From contig CP113000.1 of the NCBI GenBank assembly GCA_026625185.1, forward strand, positions 2,742,651-2,774,650: DNA of 32,000 bases, in the 5' to 3' direction. Of the stretch, positions 7,802 through 16,562 are shown piece after piece. The first letter of the stretch is position 1, and every line of letters begins with the position of its first letter. This DNA is from Thermodesulfobacteriota bacterium. GTDB lineage: Bacteria > Desulfobacterota > WTBG01 > JAGOGO01. The notes below the pieces were generated by a model, which saw only the letters and a list, made by a program, of their open reading frames with translations, was not told where the DNA came from and searched no databases. A program made the position numbers and the translations under genes.

Positions 7802-10121
7802 CTTTCATTCCTTTCATAATTTTATCTAAAAGACCCATATGCCGGTGAACTGAACAATAATCCGCAGGTGCATTTTCTGCCAGGAAAAATTCTTCCCTTG
7901 GTTCCGGACAGACATCGGAAACAGCGATTTGCCCGCTTTCGGAACAAACAATGCGTTTTACCACCCCCGACGGCATCTTAAACCACTGCCCGGAAATATA
8001 TTCCGGTATGGAATTCACCAGTTCAGCCCAAATGGGCAGAGCAGCGGTTGCTCCTGCCACATGAATGGAATCGCCATTATCAAAGCCAACCCATACCAAT
8101 ACCAGGATATCCGGAGTATACCCCACAAACCAGGCGTCTTTATAATCATTGGTCGTGCCTGTTTTTCCCGCTACCGGAAACGTTACTCCCTTTGTTAAGA
8201 GAGAGCGAGCGGTGCCTTCCGTTATTACGCTTCGCAGCAGCGAGCTCATCAAAAAAGCTTTTGCCGGCGAAGTCACCCTTTTAATCGTCATTTGTCGCCG
8301 CTCCAAAACCTGACCTTTTTCATCAACCACTTCCTTTAGGGACAGCGGATGCGGAAGCACCCCGTCAGCGGCAAGAGCGCAGTAAGCACGGGCTAATTCT
8401 ATGGGTATGGTTTCAAACGCACCCAGCGCAAGCGACGGATAAGGCTTGACCGGAGTGGAAAACTGAAACGCTTTTGCCGTGTCGACAATCCGGGCCAAAC
8501 CGACTTGCATGGCCAGGTCAACAGTAGCAATGTTAAGGGACTTGGCCAGCGCCTTTCTTACGGTAATCCGTTCTTCTGAATCCGGCTCATAGTTTTGCGG
8601 TTTCCATTTTTTCCCATCAACCACATAGGTTTTAGGGGCATTGGATAAAATAGAAACCGGAGTAAATGAATCCAAAGCGCTCAAATAAACGAAGGGTTTA
8701 AAAGCGCTCCCCGGCTGGCGTCGGGACTGGGTGGTCCGGTTAAACTGGGTTTGATTGTAATTTCGGCCGCCAACCAGAGCCAGGATGTACCCCGTATTTG
8801 GCTGCATAACAATTAGTGCGCCCTGAAGCTTTTTTTCGGGTTCGGATCGACGGAGCTGGGGATAAGACTTTTCGAGGCGGGAAAGCCCGTTGGCAAGCGC
8901 CCGCTCTGCTGCAGCCTGAACCTGAGTATCCAGGGTGGTGTAAAGAGAAAGCCCGAGGTTGGATAAGGTCTCCGGTGGATAGAGGAGTTTAAGCTGATCG
9001 GCAAGGTAGTCAATGAAATAGGGAGCTTTATTGGCATAGACCATAAAGCCGGTTACCGTTACCGGCTTGGCGGAAGAAGTCTTAAGTTCCTGATCTGAGA
9101 TAAAACCCTGTTTAAACATGGCCTGCAATACCAGGTTTCTCCGCTCCTGACAGCGGTTTTTATCAGTATAAGGTGAATAGTAGTTCGGCGCCCGGATCAG
9201 TCCCGCTATCAAAGCCGATTCAGCCAATGAGAGTTCGCTCACCGGTTTGCTGAAGTAAAAATTTGAGGCTTCCCCCACGCCATTGATAGAGACCGAGCCT
9301 TTTTGTCCCAGATAGATTTCATTGAGATAGATTTCCAGGATTTCGTCCTTGGAATACCTGATCTCAATGTTGATGGAAATGAGAAGCTCTTTCACCTTTC
9401 GGGAAATGGTTTTCGCTGGAGTAAGAAAATAGTTTTTCGCCAACTGCTGGGTGATGGTAGAGCCTCCCTGACGTAATGCAAGGTGACGCATGTTGGTAAG
9501 CATAGCTCTCACTATTCCCAGGGGATCAACGCCGTGATGATGATAAAACCGATTATCCTCAGTCACGATTATGCCATCGATCAGGTACCGGGGAACCTGC
9601 TTGAGTGAAACTAGCTGCCGCTTCTCCCGCTCCGGGCCGAAGAAAGACATAATCTCTTCGGGTTCCAATTCCAGAATCGGCACCGGCTCACCCGTAGCCA
9701 GACGCGAGATCCCAATGATAATATTTTCAGAAAATTTGACCTGAACCGGGAATCCCTCCTGCTTTTGAGAAGGAATCTCGAAGTCATGTAGAAAAAGGGC
9801 AATTCCCGAACCTGAGGCACAAAACTCGCCTTTTTGCGTTGGGTTATGGGAGACCTTACGGTAGCCAAGACGATACAGTTTTGAAAAAAAAAGCTCCCGG
9901 TTTATGGTTTGTCCCGGATAGAGAACGGTAATGTCGGAAAAAACTTTCGAAGGAATACTCCAACGCCTTCCCGAAAACCGCTTCTCAATCTGGGAGGAAA
10001 GACTCCAGCAGTAAAGACACAAACCTATTACAAAAACAATGACCCCGGATACTGCGATCCAAAACAGCGTCCACCCGGATTTCTTCGCCATTCTTTTTTT
10101 TCTCTTAGCTATTTGGTCCAT
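7788..10121 (-). CDS. mrcA: bifunctional class A penicillin-binding protein (PBP1A family)
   Basis: 777 aa with an N-terminal TM anchor. Glycosyltransferase motifs (EDNRFYHHHGVD, RQGGSTITQQ) and transpeptidase motifs (SAFKP, KTGTT) are present. Confidence 0.9.
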   Translation of the reverse strand: MDQIAKRKKRMAKKSGWTLFWIAVSGVIVFVIGLCLYCWSLSSQIEKRFSGRRWSIPSKVFSDITVLYPGQTINRELFFSKLYRLGYRKVSHNPTQKGEFCASGSGIALFLHDFEIPSQKQEGFPVQVKFSENIIIGISRLATGEPVPILELEPEEIMSFFGPEREKRQLVSLKQVPRYLIDGIIVTEDNRFYHHHGVDPLGIVRAMLTNMRHLALRQGGSTITQQLAKNYFLTPAKTISRKVKELLISINIEIRYSKDEILEIYLNEIYLGQKGSVSINGVGEASNFYFSKPVSELSLAESALIAGLIRAPNYYSPYTDKNRCQERRNLVLQAMFKQGFISDQELKTSSAKPVTVTGFMVYANKAPYFIDYLADQLKLLYPPETLSNLGLSLYTTLDTQVQAAAERALANGLSRLEKSYPQLRRSEPEKKLQGALIVMQPNTGYILALVGGRNYNQTQFNRTTQSRRQPGSAFKPFVYLSALDSFTPVSILSNAPKTYVVDGKKWKPQNYEPDSEERITVRKALAKSLNIATVDLAMQVGLARIVDTAKAFQFSTPVKPYPSLALGAFETIPIELARAYCALAADGVLPHPLSLKEVVDEKGQVLERRQMTIKRVTSPAKAFLMSSLLRSVITEGTARSLLTKGVTFPVAGKTGTTNDYKDAWFVGYTPDILVLVWVGFDNGDSIHVAGATAALPIWAELVNSIPEYISGQWFKMPSGVVKRIVCSESGQIAVSDVCPEPREEFFLAENAPADYCSVHRHMGLLDKIMKGMKDVIE

Positions 10122-10266
10122 AAAAAAAAGAATCGCCGCAGAAAGTTTATCCGCGGTAATGTTAATAGTAAGTTATGAAAACTAAAAATCTTATTGGAAC
10201 GAGATGTTAAGGATATATTAAAACCTCCTTCTATTTTTTGTCAAATGCTCAGTTTGTTTTAAAAAG

Positions 10267-10312
10267 AATAAATTCTGCGAAAAAGTCAAGAAAAAACAAT
10301 TTGATAGCTCCA
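10267..10312 (+). repeat. dispersed repeat family 2, copy 2
   Basis: AATAAATTCTGCGAAAAAGTCAAGAAAAAACAATTTGATAGCTCCA. See 7230-7273. Confidence 0.6.
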
Positions 10313-10317
10313 TTAAT

Positions 10318-10346
10318 TTGACATATTTTATCTCTTTTTTTATACT
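10318..10346 (+). promoter_or_regulatory. sigma-70 type promoter TTGACA-17 nt-TATACT
   Basis: A perfect -35 (10318-10323), an exact 17-nt spacer and a 5/6 -10 (10341-10346). It points toward trpB2. Confidence 0.5.
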
Positions 10347-10352
10347 TAAAAA

Positions 10353-10618
10353 GTTGAAAATTAAAATAAGGTTTCTAATGATTCTTTTTTTTTACCTGAC
10401 AGGGTGTGCCACAGTTAGAAATGATTATTGAGGAAAATTAAAAAAGCCGTAAAAAGTTGAAAATCAGACGGCACAGTAAAAAAGTTCAGATGCAAGGCAC
10501 GCAAATCCGACGGAATGAGGCGTACTTACCTGTACGCCGCAATGACTGAGGTTGCAGCGCAACGCAGCAGATGGACTTTTTTTATGAAGCCGTCAAAGAA
10601 AAAGGAGGTCCCAGAATA
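10353..10618 (+). promoter_or_regulatory. long structured 5' leader of trpB2 (candidate cis-regulatory RNA)
   Basis: About 265 nt lie between the predicted TSS and the trpB2 ATG. The leader has 15-nt perfect direct repeats TAAAAAGTTGAAAAT (10347-10361, 10450-10464). It has a 7-bp hairpin GGCGTAC/GTACGCC (10519-10538) and a 5-bp hairpin GTTGC/GCAAC (10551-10563), followed by a T7 run (10576-10582). Confidence 0.3.
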
Positions 10619-11995
10619 ATGCAGGTAGAAACGGTAAATTTAAACCCCGACGAAATGCCTCGTCAATGGTACAACATCCTGGCGGACATCAAGATAAATC
10701 CACCACTCGGACCGGATGGAACACCTATCACCCCGGAGTCCCTTGCCCCCGTTTTTCCCATGAATCTGATCGAACAGGAGGTCAGCACCGAGAGATGGAT
10801 CGATATTCCTGAAGATGTCCTAAAGGTTTACAGCATCTGGCGGCCATCTCCTTTGGTCAGGGCCGTGGCTCTTGAAAAAGCCCTGGGAACCCCGGCACAC
10901 ATCTATTTCAAAAACGAAAGTGTCAGCCCCCCAGGCAGCCATAAACCCAATACATCAGTAGCACAGGTCTATTATAACAAGGTCTTCGGCATAAAAAAAC
11001 TCACCACCGAGACCGGGGCAGGACAATGGGGCGCCGCCCTGGCCTTTGCTTGCAGCCAGTTCGGTCTGGAATGCAAGATTTATATGGTGCGTATCAGTTA
11101 TGACCAGAAACCATATCGCAAAGCACAGATGCAGGTATGGGGCGGTGTGTGCGTCGCGAGTCCCAGCAATGAAACCAACGCGGGAAGAGCGATCCTTGAA
11201 AAGGACCCCACGACACCCGGAAGCCTGGGAATAGCTATCAGCGAAGCGGTCGAAGCCGCGGTCAGCGACCGAACCGGCAAGACACGTTATACCCTGGGCA
11301 GCGTGCTCAATCACGTTATGTTGCACCAGACCATCATTGGCCTTGAGGCCAAACTCCAGATGGAAAAGTTCGGAGAATATCCTGATGTTATTGTCGGCTG
11401 TGCCGGCGGCGGCAGCAATTTCGCCGGCCTTACCTTCCCCTTTGTCTATGACAAAATGCACGGTAAACAGATTGACATCTACCCGGTGGAACCTGCGGCG
11501 TGTCCCACCCTGACCAGGGGGGCCTTTGTCTATGATCATGGAGATACAGCCGGATATACGCCGTTGCTTGCTATGTACAGCCTTGGACATGACTTTGTGC
11601 CTCCTCCTGTCCATTCCGGCGGTTTACGTTATCACGGGATGGCCCCGACCGTCAGCCAACTTGCTTCTGAAGGCTTAATTACGCCGACGTCAGCCACCCA
11701 GGTTGAGGCATTTAAGGCAGGCACGATGTTTGCCAGAACCCTCGGGATTATCCCCGCCCCTGAGTCCAATCATGCCATTGCCCAGGTTATTAAGGAGGCT
11801 ATCAAAGCCAAGGAAACAGGCGAGAAAAAGGTTATCCTCTTCAATCTAAGCGGTCACGGCCTTCTTGATCTGGGTTCCTATGAAAAATATTTTGCAAACG
11901 AGCTTCAGGATTATGTCCTGGAGGATAGTGTCTTAAAGGATGCTGAAAAGATATTCGAGGCATTCCCGAAACCGAAGATACTTAAAAGTATTTAG
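10619..11995 (+). CDS. trpB: TrpB2-type tryptophan synthase beta subunit (stand-alone)
   Basis: Track ORF 10571..11995. The ATG at 10619 is preceded by AAAGGAGG. The length and the N-terminus ([11 protein letters not shown]) are those of the TrpB2 class, and a PLP-enzyme fold-type II pattern is present ([17 protein letters not shown]). No trpA lies adjacent. Confidence 0.9.
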   Translation: MQVETVNLNPDEMPRQWYNILADIKINPPLGPDGTPITPESLAPVFPMNLIEQEVSTERWIDIPEDVLKVYSIWRPSPLVRAVALEKALGTPAHIYFKNESVSPPGSHKPNTSVAQVYYNKVFGIKKLTTETGAGQWGAALAFACSQFGLECKIYMVRISYDQKPYRKAQMQVWGGVCVASPSNETNAGRAILEKDPTTPGSLGIAISEAVEAAVSDRTGKTRYTLGSVLNHVMLHQTIIGLEAKLQMEKFGEYPDVIVGCAGGGSNFAGLTFPFVYDKMHGKQIDIYPVEPAACPTLTRGAFVYDHGDTAGYTPLLAMYSLGHDFVPPPVHSGGLRYHGMAPTVSQLASEGLITPTSATQVEAFKAGTMFARTLGIIPAPESNHAIAQVIKEAIKAKETGEKKVILFNLSGHGLLDLGSYEKYFANELQDYVLEDSVLKDAEKIFEAFPKPKILKSI

Positions 11996-12054
11996 CGATA
12001 AGCGTGTTACCAATAAAGAATAGCTTGCGTTTTCAACTATCAGGAGGTTTCACC

Positions 12055-12672
12055 ATGAAAAAAACTTTTTTCGCGGTTACTTTTTTTTTCATTCTCGCGG
12101 GGCTTGCTTCGTTTGCTCAAGCTGATCTGAATGTTTTTCTTAACGATCTCAATACGCAGGCTGCGTCCGACCCGCACGGCTACGACACCCGGTTAAGCAA
12201 TCAGTTTGGTATCCCTTTGTCAGAGGTCCATTCCATCGTCCATAAGGTTGGCTCTCCGGCTGACGCTTTTATGGTGCTTCAGCTCGGCCACATGACCGGG
12301 AGACCATTCGAAAAAGTTTATCCCACCTACAAAAAAAACCGAGGAAAGGGATGGGGAGTCATCGCCAAAGAACTCGGCATAAAACCAGGCTCGCCTGAAT
12401 TCCACGCTCTCAAACGCGGCGACCTTGTCTTCTCCGGTAAGCGGGGAGAAAAGGGATACCGGCATCATGAAGATAGTGATTGGGATAGGGATAAAGAGTG
12501 GGACAACGATAAAGACAAACATCATGGCAAACACGGAGATAACGACCTGGTTGAAGATACGGGGGTAGAAAAGGCAAAAGGTAAAGATAAAAATAAGGCT
12601 ATGGATAATAAGGTGATTATAGATTCGGAGGCAGGTAAAGGAAAGGGTAAGGGCAAGGGTAAAAACCCTTAG
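12055..12672 (+). CDS. secreted hypothetical protein with Asp/Lys-rich and (GK)n C-terminus
   Basis: The ATG at 12055 follows CAGGAGG. It has a signal peptide MKKTFFAVTFFFILAGLASFAQA. The tail is low-complexity (DKEWDNDKDKHHGKHGDND ... GKGKGKGKGKNP). I recognised no family. Confidence 0.6.
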   Translation: MKKTFFAVTFFFILAGLASFAQADLNVFLNDLNTQAASDPHGYDTRLSNQFGIPLSEVHSIVHKVGSPADAFMVLQLGHMTGRPFEKVYPTYKKNRGKGWGVIAKELGIKPGSPEFHALKRGDLVFSGKRGEKGYRHHEDSDWDRDKEWDNDKDKHHGKHGDNDLVEDTGVEKAKGKDKNKAMDNKVIIDSEAGKGKGKGKGKNP

Positions 12673-12681
12673 AAAACGTTT

Positions 12682-12697
12682 CGGTGAATATTCACCG
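12682..12697. repeat. perfect 16-nt palindrome CGGTGAATATTCACCG
   Basis: It is self-complementary and lies 10 nt after the stop at 12670-12672. No T-run follows, so it looks more like an operator than a terminator. Confidence 0.5.
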
Positions 12698-12901
12698 GCA
12701 CAAGGGGTCGATGAAAAAAAATGGCTAACCTCCTACGTTGATATTCGTCATCAGTTGCTTAAACACAATTCCAACCCATTCCTGAGGGAGACTATTTATC
12801 GGACACAATGCTTCAAGGACCAGATTGCTGCCGGTAACTGGCTACTGGATAAATTGCCGATCATTTCTTCACTGTGTGAGCGTTGCCTGATCGGAAAGGG
12901 A

Positions 12902-13657
12902 TTATATTCCCCCCTCAGGGGTTGAAACTTCCCCCCGCCGATAAATTCTGATGCTGCCGAATGCTTGGACCTGGAGAGCGCGAATTTTTTGGTTTTTAAT
13001 TAATTCGAGAAGCGCGACAAAGGTAACAATGATTTCAAATCGAGTAATGTAGCCGGAAAATAAATCCTCAAAAAGGATATGCTCCGCATCTCTTAATTTT
13101 TCCAGAATCTCAATCATTTTATCTTTGAGAGAAATTTTTTCCCGGGTGAAGTCAAGAAGCTTTTCCTGCGTTTCCACTTTTTTCAAAATTTCCCGCAAAG
13201 CCTCCATAAGATCAAAAAGACTTGCCTCGATGTCTTCACCCCCCTCCCCTTCTTCAATCTCCTCGTGCGCTGAACGCGCGAAAACATCTCTCCCCAGGAT
13301 TTCTTTGCTGCCGAGTTGTTCAGCGGCTTGTTTAAATTTCTGGTATTCCAGCAACCGCCGGACCAATTCATCCCGCGGGTCTTCGCCGGTTTTTTCCTCA
13401 GATAAATCCGTTTGCGAAGGAAGAAGGAGACGTGACTTTATATAAGCCAGAGTGGCAGCCATAACCAGATACTCGCTCGCGATATCAAGGTTAAGCTCTT
13501 GCATCAAATCCAGATATTCAAGGTACTGCGCAGTAATAAGCGCGATAGGGATATCGTAAATATCTACTTCATTGACCTTGATAAGATGAAGGAGAAGATC
13601 GAGCGGACCTTCAAACACGGGGAGATGAAATAAAAAACCTGGAGAAGTTTCTTCCAT
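12902..13657 (-). CDS. scpA: segregation and condensation protein A
   Basis: 251 aa with the typical ScpA N-terminus (FEGPLDLLLHLIKVNEVDIYDIPIALIT.QYL) and C-terminal winged helix. Confidence 0.9.
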   Translation of the reverse strand: MEETSPGFLFHLPVFEGPLDLLLHLIKVNEVDIYDIPIALITAQYLEYLDLMQELNLDIASEYLVMAATLAYIKSRLLLPSQTDLSEEKTGEDPRDELVRRLLEYQKFKQAAEQLGSKEILGRDVFARSAHEEIEEGEGGEDIEASLFDLMEALREILKKVETQEKLLDFTREKISLKDKMIEILEKLRDAEHILFEDLFSGYITRFEIIVTFVALLELIKNQKIRALQVQAFGSIRIYRRGEVSTPEGGI

Positions 13658-13661
13658 ATTG

Positions 13662-14648
13662 TCAGATTCCCATTGCCTCTCGGGCTTCCTTTAAATTCTG
13701 CCGGGCAATTCCTTGGGCTCGCTTATTTCCTTCAGCCAGAATTTCGTCAATCGCTTCCCGGTGCCGGGCATAGTATTCCCGCCGTTCTTGAATCGGGGCC
13801 AGAAATTCCACAAGATAAGGAGTAAGTTTCTTTTTGCATTCCACGCAGCCGATTTCAGCAACGCGGCAGTCGCGGTTAATAATAGCCACATCATCCGGAT
13901 GACTGTAAAGCTTATGAAGGGTATAAACATTGCAGATATCGGGATTTCCCGGGTCGGTCTTACGCTTCCGATTAGGGTCCGTGAACATCTGAGAGACCTT
14001 CTCCTTAATTATTTCCGGAGGATCGGAAAGAAAAAGAGCGTTGTTATATGATTTGCTCATTTTACGGCCGTCGATACCGAGAATTTTAGGAGTCTCGGTT
14101 AATAAAGCATCCGGGAGCGGAAAAATTTCCCGATAAAGAAAATTAAAGCGCCGGCCAATTTCTCGGGTAAGTTCCAGGTGGGGGACCTGATCGATCCCCA
14201 CTGGGACTTTGTGAGCTTTATAAATCAAAATATCCGCGGCTTGGAGAACCGGATACCCCAAGAACCCGTGGGTGTGAATGTCTTTATCTTTCAGCTCCTG
14301 CTCCTGTTCTTTATAGGTAGGGTTTCTTTCCAGCCAGGAAAGCGGCGTGATCATGGAAAGCAGGAGGTACAGTTCCGCGTGTTCCGGCAGGCTTGACTGG
14401 ATAAAAATGGTGCTCTTCGGAATTTGGATGCCCAACGCGAGCCAGTCAATTACCATATCATGAATGCTTTCCTTGATGATTTGGGGGTGCGCGTACTCGG
14501 TGGTTAACGCATGCCAATCGGCCACAAAATAAAAACATTCATAGGTATCCTGGAGGGAGCCCCAGTTTTTTAGGGCCCCATAATAATGCCCCAAATGAAG
14601 TTTTCCGGTCGGTCGCATTCCGCTGACTACTCTTTGCTTGCTGCTCAT
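13662..14648 (-). CDS. trpS: tryptophan--tRNA ligase
   Basis: 328 aa with class I signatures (GKLHLGHYYG as the HIGH region, and KMSKS). Confidence 0.95.
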   Translation of the reverse strand: MSSKQRVVSGMRPTGKLHLGHYYGALKNWGSLQDTYECFYFVADWHALTTEYAHPQIIKESIHDMVIDWLALGIQIPKSTIFIQSSLPEHAELYLLLSMITPLSWLERNPTYKEQEQELKDKDIHTHGFLGYPVLQAADILIYKAHKVPVGIDQVPHLELTREIGRRFNFLYREIFPLPDALLTETPKILGIDGRKMSKSYNNALFLSDPPEIIKEKVSQMFTDPNRKRKTDPGNPDICNVYTLHKLYSHPDDVAIINRDCRVAEIGCVECKKKLTPYLVEFLAPIQERREYYARHREAIDEILAEGNKRAQGIARQNLKEAREAMGI

Positions 14649-14671
14649 TTTCTTTTTCCTGTTTCGAATTA

Positions 14672-15373
14672 TTATCCTAAAAATAACATCGATAAAAAGG
14701 CCATTATTCCGTAAAGAAAGTTCATCACTTTAAAAGGATTGAGCATAATTAAAAAGATCACAATAAAAAATCCCAACGGCTCTATTTTCCCCAACGTTTG
14801 CGCCTGGTGATCCGGAAGAATGCCCATCATAACCCGTCCCCCGTCCAACGGAGGAATGGGAAGAAGGTTAAAAACAGCGAGGATCACGTTTATTTGCACA
14901 CTTTTAATAAGCATGAGGAGCAAGGGAACTAAAAACCAGGCCGCGATTCCGGCGCAAGCAAATGTCATCCCCTCCCTCATAATAAAGGGATAAAGATCAG
15001 GGCAGAGCCATAAGATAATTCGAAAAACAAGACCGCTCAGTAATGCTAAGGACAAGTTGATAACAGGACCGGACACCGCAACCAAGGCCATGCCTTTTTT
15101 AGGATCTTTAAAATATCGAGGGTTGACGGGCACTGGTTTGGCGTAACCGAAAAGTATCGGAACCTTAGTAATAATCAAAACCAGGGGGATGATAATGGTC
15201 CCCCAGAGGTCAATATGCCGGATCGGGTTGATGGTGAGACGGCCAAGCATGCGGGCGGTGGGATCCCCGAGCCGATAGGCAACAAAACCGTGCGCAGCCT
15301 CATGAAAGCATACCGCAAAAACGAGGGGCAAGGCCCAAATGGCAATACTCTGAATAATATTAGCATAATCCAT
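14672..15373 (-). CDS. site-2 protease family (M50) membrane metalloprotease
   Basis: 233 aa and polytopic. HEAAHGF (HExxH) sits in TM1 and NLLPIPPLDGG is the second metal-ligand motif. Confidence 0.85.
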   Translation of the reverse strand: MDYANIIQSIAIWALPLVFAVCFHEAAHGFVAYRLGDPTARMLGRLTINPIRHIDLWGTIIIPLVLIITKVPILFGYAKPVPVNPRYFKDPKKGMALVAVSGPVINLSLALLSGLVFRIILWLCPDLYPFIMREGMTFACAGIAAWFLVPLLLMLIKSVQINVILAVFNLLPIPPLDGGRVMMGILPDHQAQTLGKIEPLGFFIVIFLIMLNPFKVMNFLYGIMAFLSMLFLG

Positions 15374-15684
15374 AGATTTTTTTCATCCCCGGTTTTTGTA
15401 ATAACAAAAGGGAATGGGAAGTGTTTTCATTGCCTAAAGTTTGGATAAACGTGACCCTTTTTTAACAAAGACTAGCGCTAAAGTCAATCATAACCTGAGA
15501 AAATTTTATAAAATAATATAGTTAAGGAGAAGATTAAAAAAATTATTAAAAATAAGCTGGGTTATTTATAAGTACGGAGGAATTGGAAGTGCACCCTTAT
15601 GAGTGATTGAGCGATATAGAGTTATAGGGGGGTACATTTTATTAAAAGATTTAATTCTCGTAAAGTGAATACGATTGCGATTAT

Positions 15685-16323
15685 CTATTCAATGTTCCCT
15701 TTTCGCTCGCCGGTCATTTTAGAAAGCGGACGGCCTTTCAGATCGAGGAACCCGAGTTGCTGAAAACGCAGGAAGAGTTCCCGGCAAACCCAGGCATCCG
15801 TAGCGGCGTAAACGATTTGCTTCAATGTCAACCGGTGACTGGCCCAGTTGGAAGTGGAGGAGCCTTTGGTGATGCGAAATCCGAGCAGTTGTCCGGCCAG
15901 ACTGCGGAGGCCTGATTGTTTGATGCCTTGCTGCTTCGCCACGAGGCTCAGGTCAATGATGTTTTGAGGTTTAAACGGAAAAACCTTCTTGAGATTCAAA
16001 AAATCGTCAGCCAGCCCGATGCCTGCCTTGATAATAGCCGGATTTTCCAGCACTTCCGTCAACGCGTCGGAAAATTCCATCCGTTTCAACTGAAACAGAT
16101 ACGCCACTGATGCGGTGGCAATTTGTACCAGGCAAGGCAGATTAAATTGACCTTTGCGGAACGTGGGCTTCGTTTCCGTATCCAGGCCCACCACCTGTTC
16201 CCTGCGGATCACATGAAGCGCCCGCTTCAAGTCCTGAGCTGACGCGACCAGGCAAATCGTCCCCTCGTATTTCCGCACCGCCAACTGGCCGACTTCCTCT
16301 CGGGTCATGGTTTGGTATACCAT
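15685..16323 (-). CDS. 3'-5' exonuclease (DEDDy, RNase D/WRN-exo-like)
   Basis: 212 aa with ExoI VGLDTE, ExoII AGIGLADD and ExoIII YAATDAW. Confidence 0.8.
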   Translation of the reverse strand: MVYQTMTREEVGQLAVRKYEGTICLVASAQDLKRALHVIRREQVVGLDTETKPTFRKGQFNLPCLVQIATASVAYLFQLKRMEFSDALTEVLENPAIIKAGIGLADDFLNLKKVFPFKPQNIIDLSLVAKQQGIKQSGLRSLAGQLLGFRITKGSSTSNWASHRLTLKQIVYAATDAWVCRELFLRFQQLGFLDLKGRPLSKMTGERKGNIE

Positions 16324-16439
16324 GTTGAACTCCTCGTCTTAGTCCTTTTTCATAAAAATCTTGGTGCAATTTTTACAACGCTCGATTCCCGCACAATGAT
16401 GTGGTGTAACGCACCCGCACAGTATCACTCCGGCTTTCC

Positions 16440-16451
16440 TTGGCATGCCAA
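16440..16451. repeat. perfect 12-nt palindrome TTGGCATGCCAA with a nearby half-site repeat
   Basis: It is self-complementary. CATGCCAAT recurs at 16475-16483. It lies in the pdxH/exonuclease intergenic region upstream of the exonuclease gene. Confidence 0.4.
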
Positions 16452-16562
16452 TTACAATAGCCTACTGATAATAACATGCCAATCAACAAATCAATTCCTT
16501 CCCCATGGGACAACTTTTTCAAGGGTAAAGCTCATTTATTTCCTCAATCATGTCGTGACCCC

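Noticed and set aside
10353-10618. The trpB2 leader as a T-box riboswitch or a Trp-codon attenuator.
   Set aside because: There is only a weak resemblance (AGGGTGTGCCACAG) to the T-box core, and it lies upstream of rather than within a terminator/antiterminator. No tandem TGG leader peptide is present.
10571-10618. The upstream ATG at 10571 as the trpB2 start.
   Set aside because: The extension is read out of the structured, T-rich leader and has no SD. The ATG at 10619 has AAAGGAGG at ideal spacing and gives a family-typical N-terminus.
10955-11614. A 219-aa antisense ORF inside trpB2, with similar antisense ORFs inside other genes (5029..5385, 7491..7829, 13125..13445, 23891..24274, 27034..27348).
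   Set aside because: They are shadow ORFs opposite strongly supported genes, with no motifs.
12716-12905. An open frame (...YVDIRHQLLKHNSNPFLRETIYRTQCFKDQIAAGNWLLDKL...) in the 12673-12901 spacer.
   Set aside because: It has no ATG or GTG. The first possible start is a TTG at 12755, which gives under 60 aa with no SD and no recognisable family. It could be a gene remnant, but that cannot be supported.
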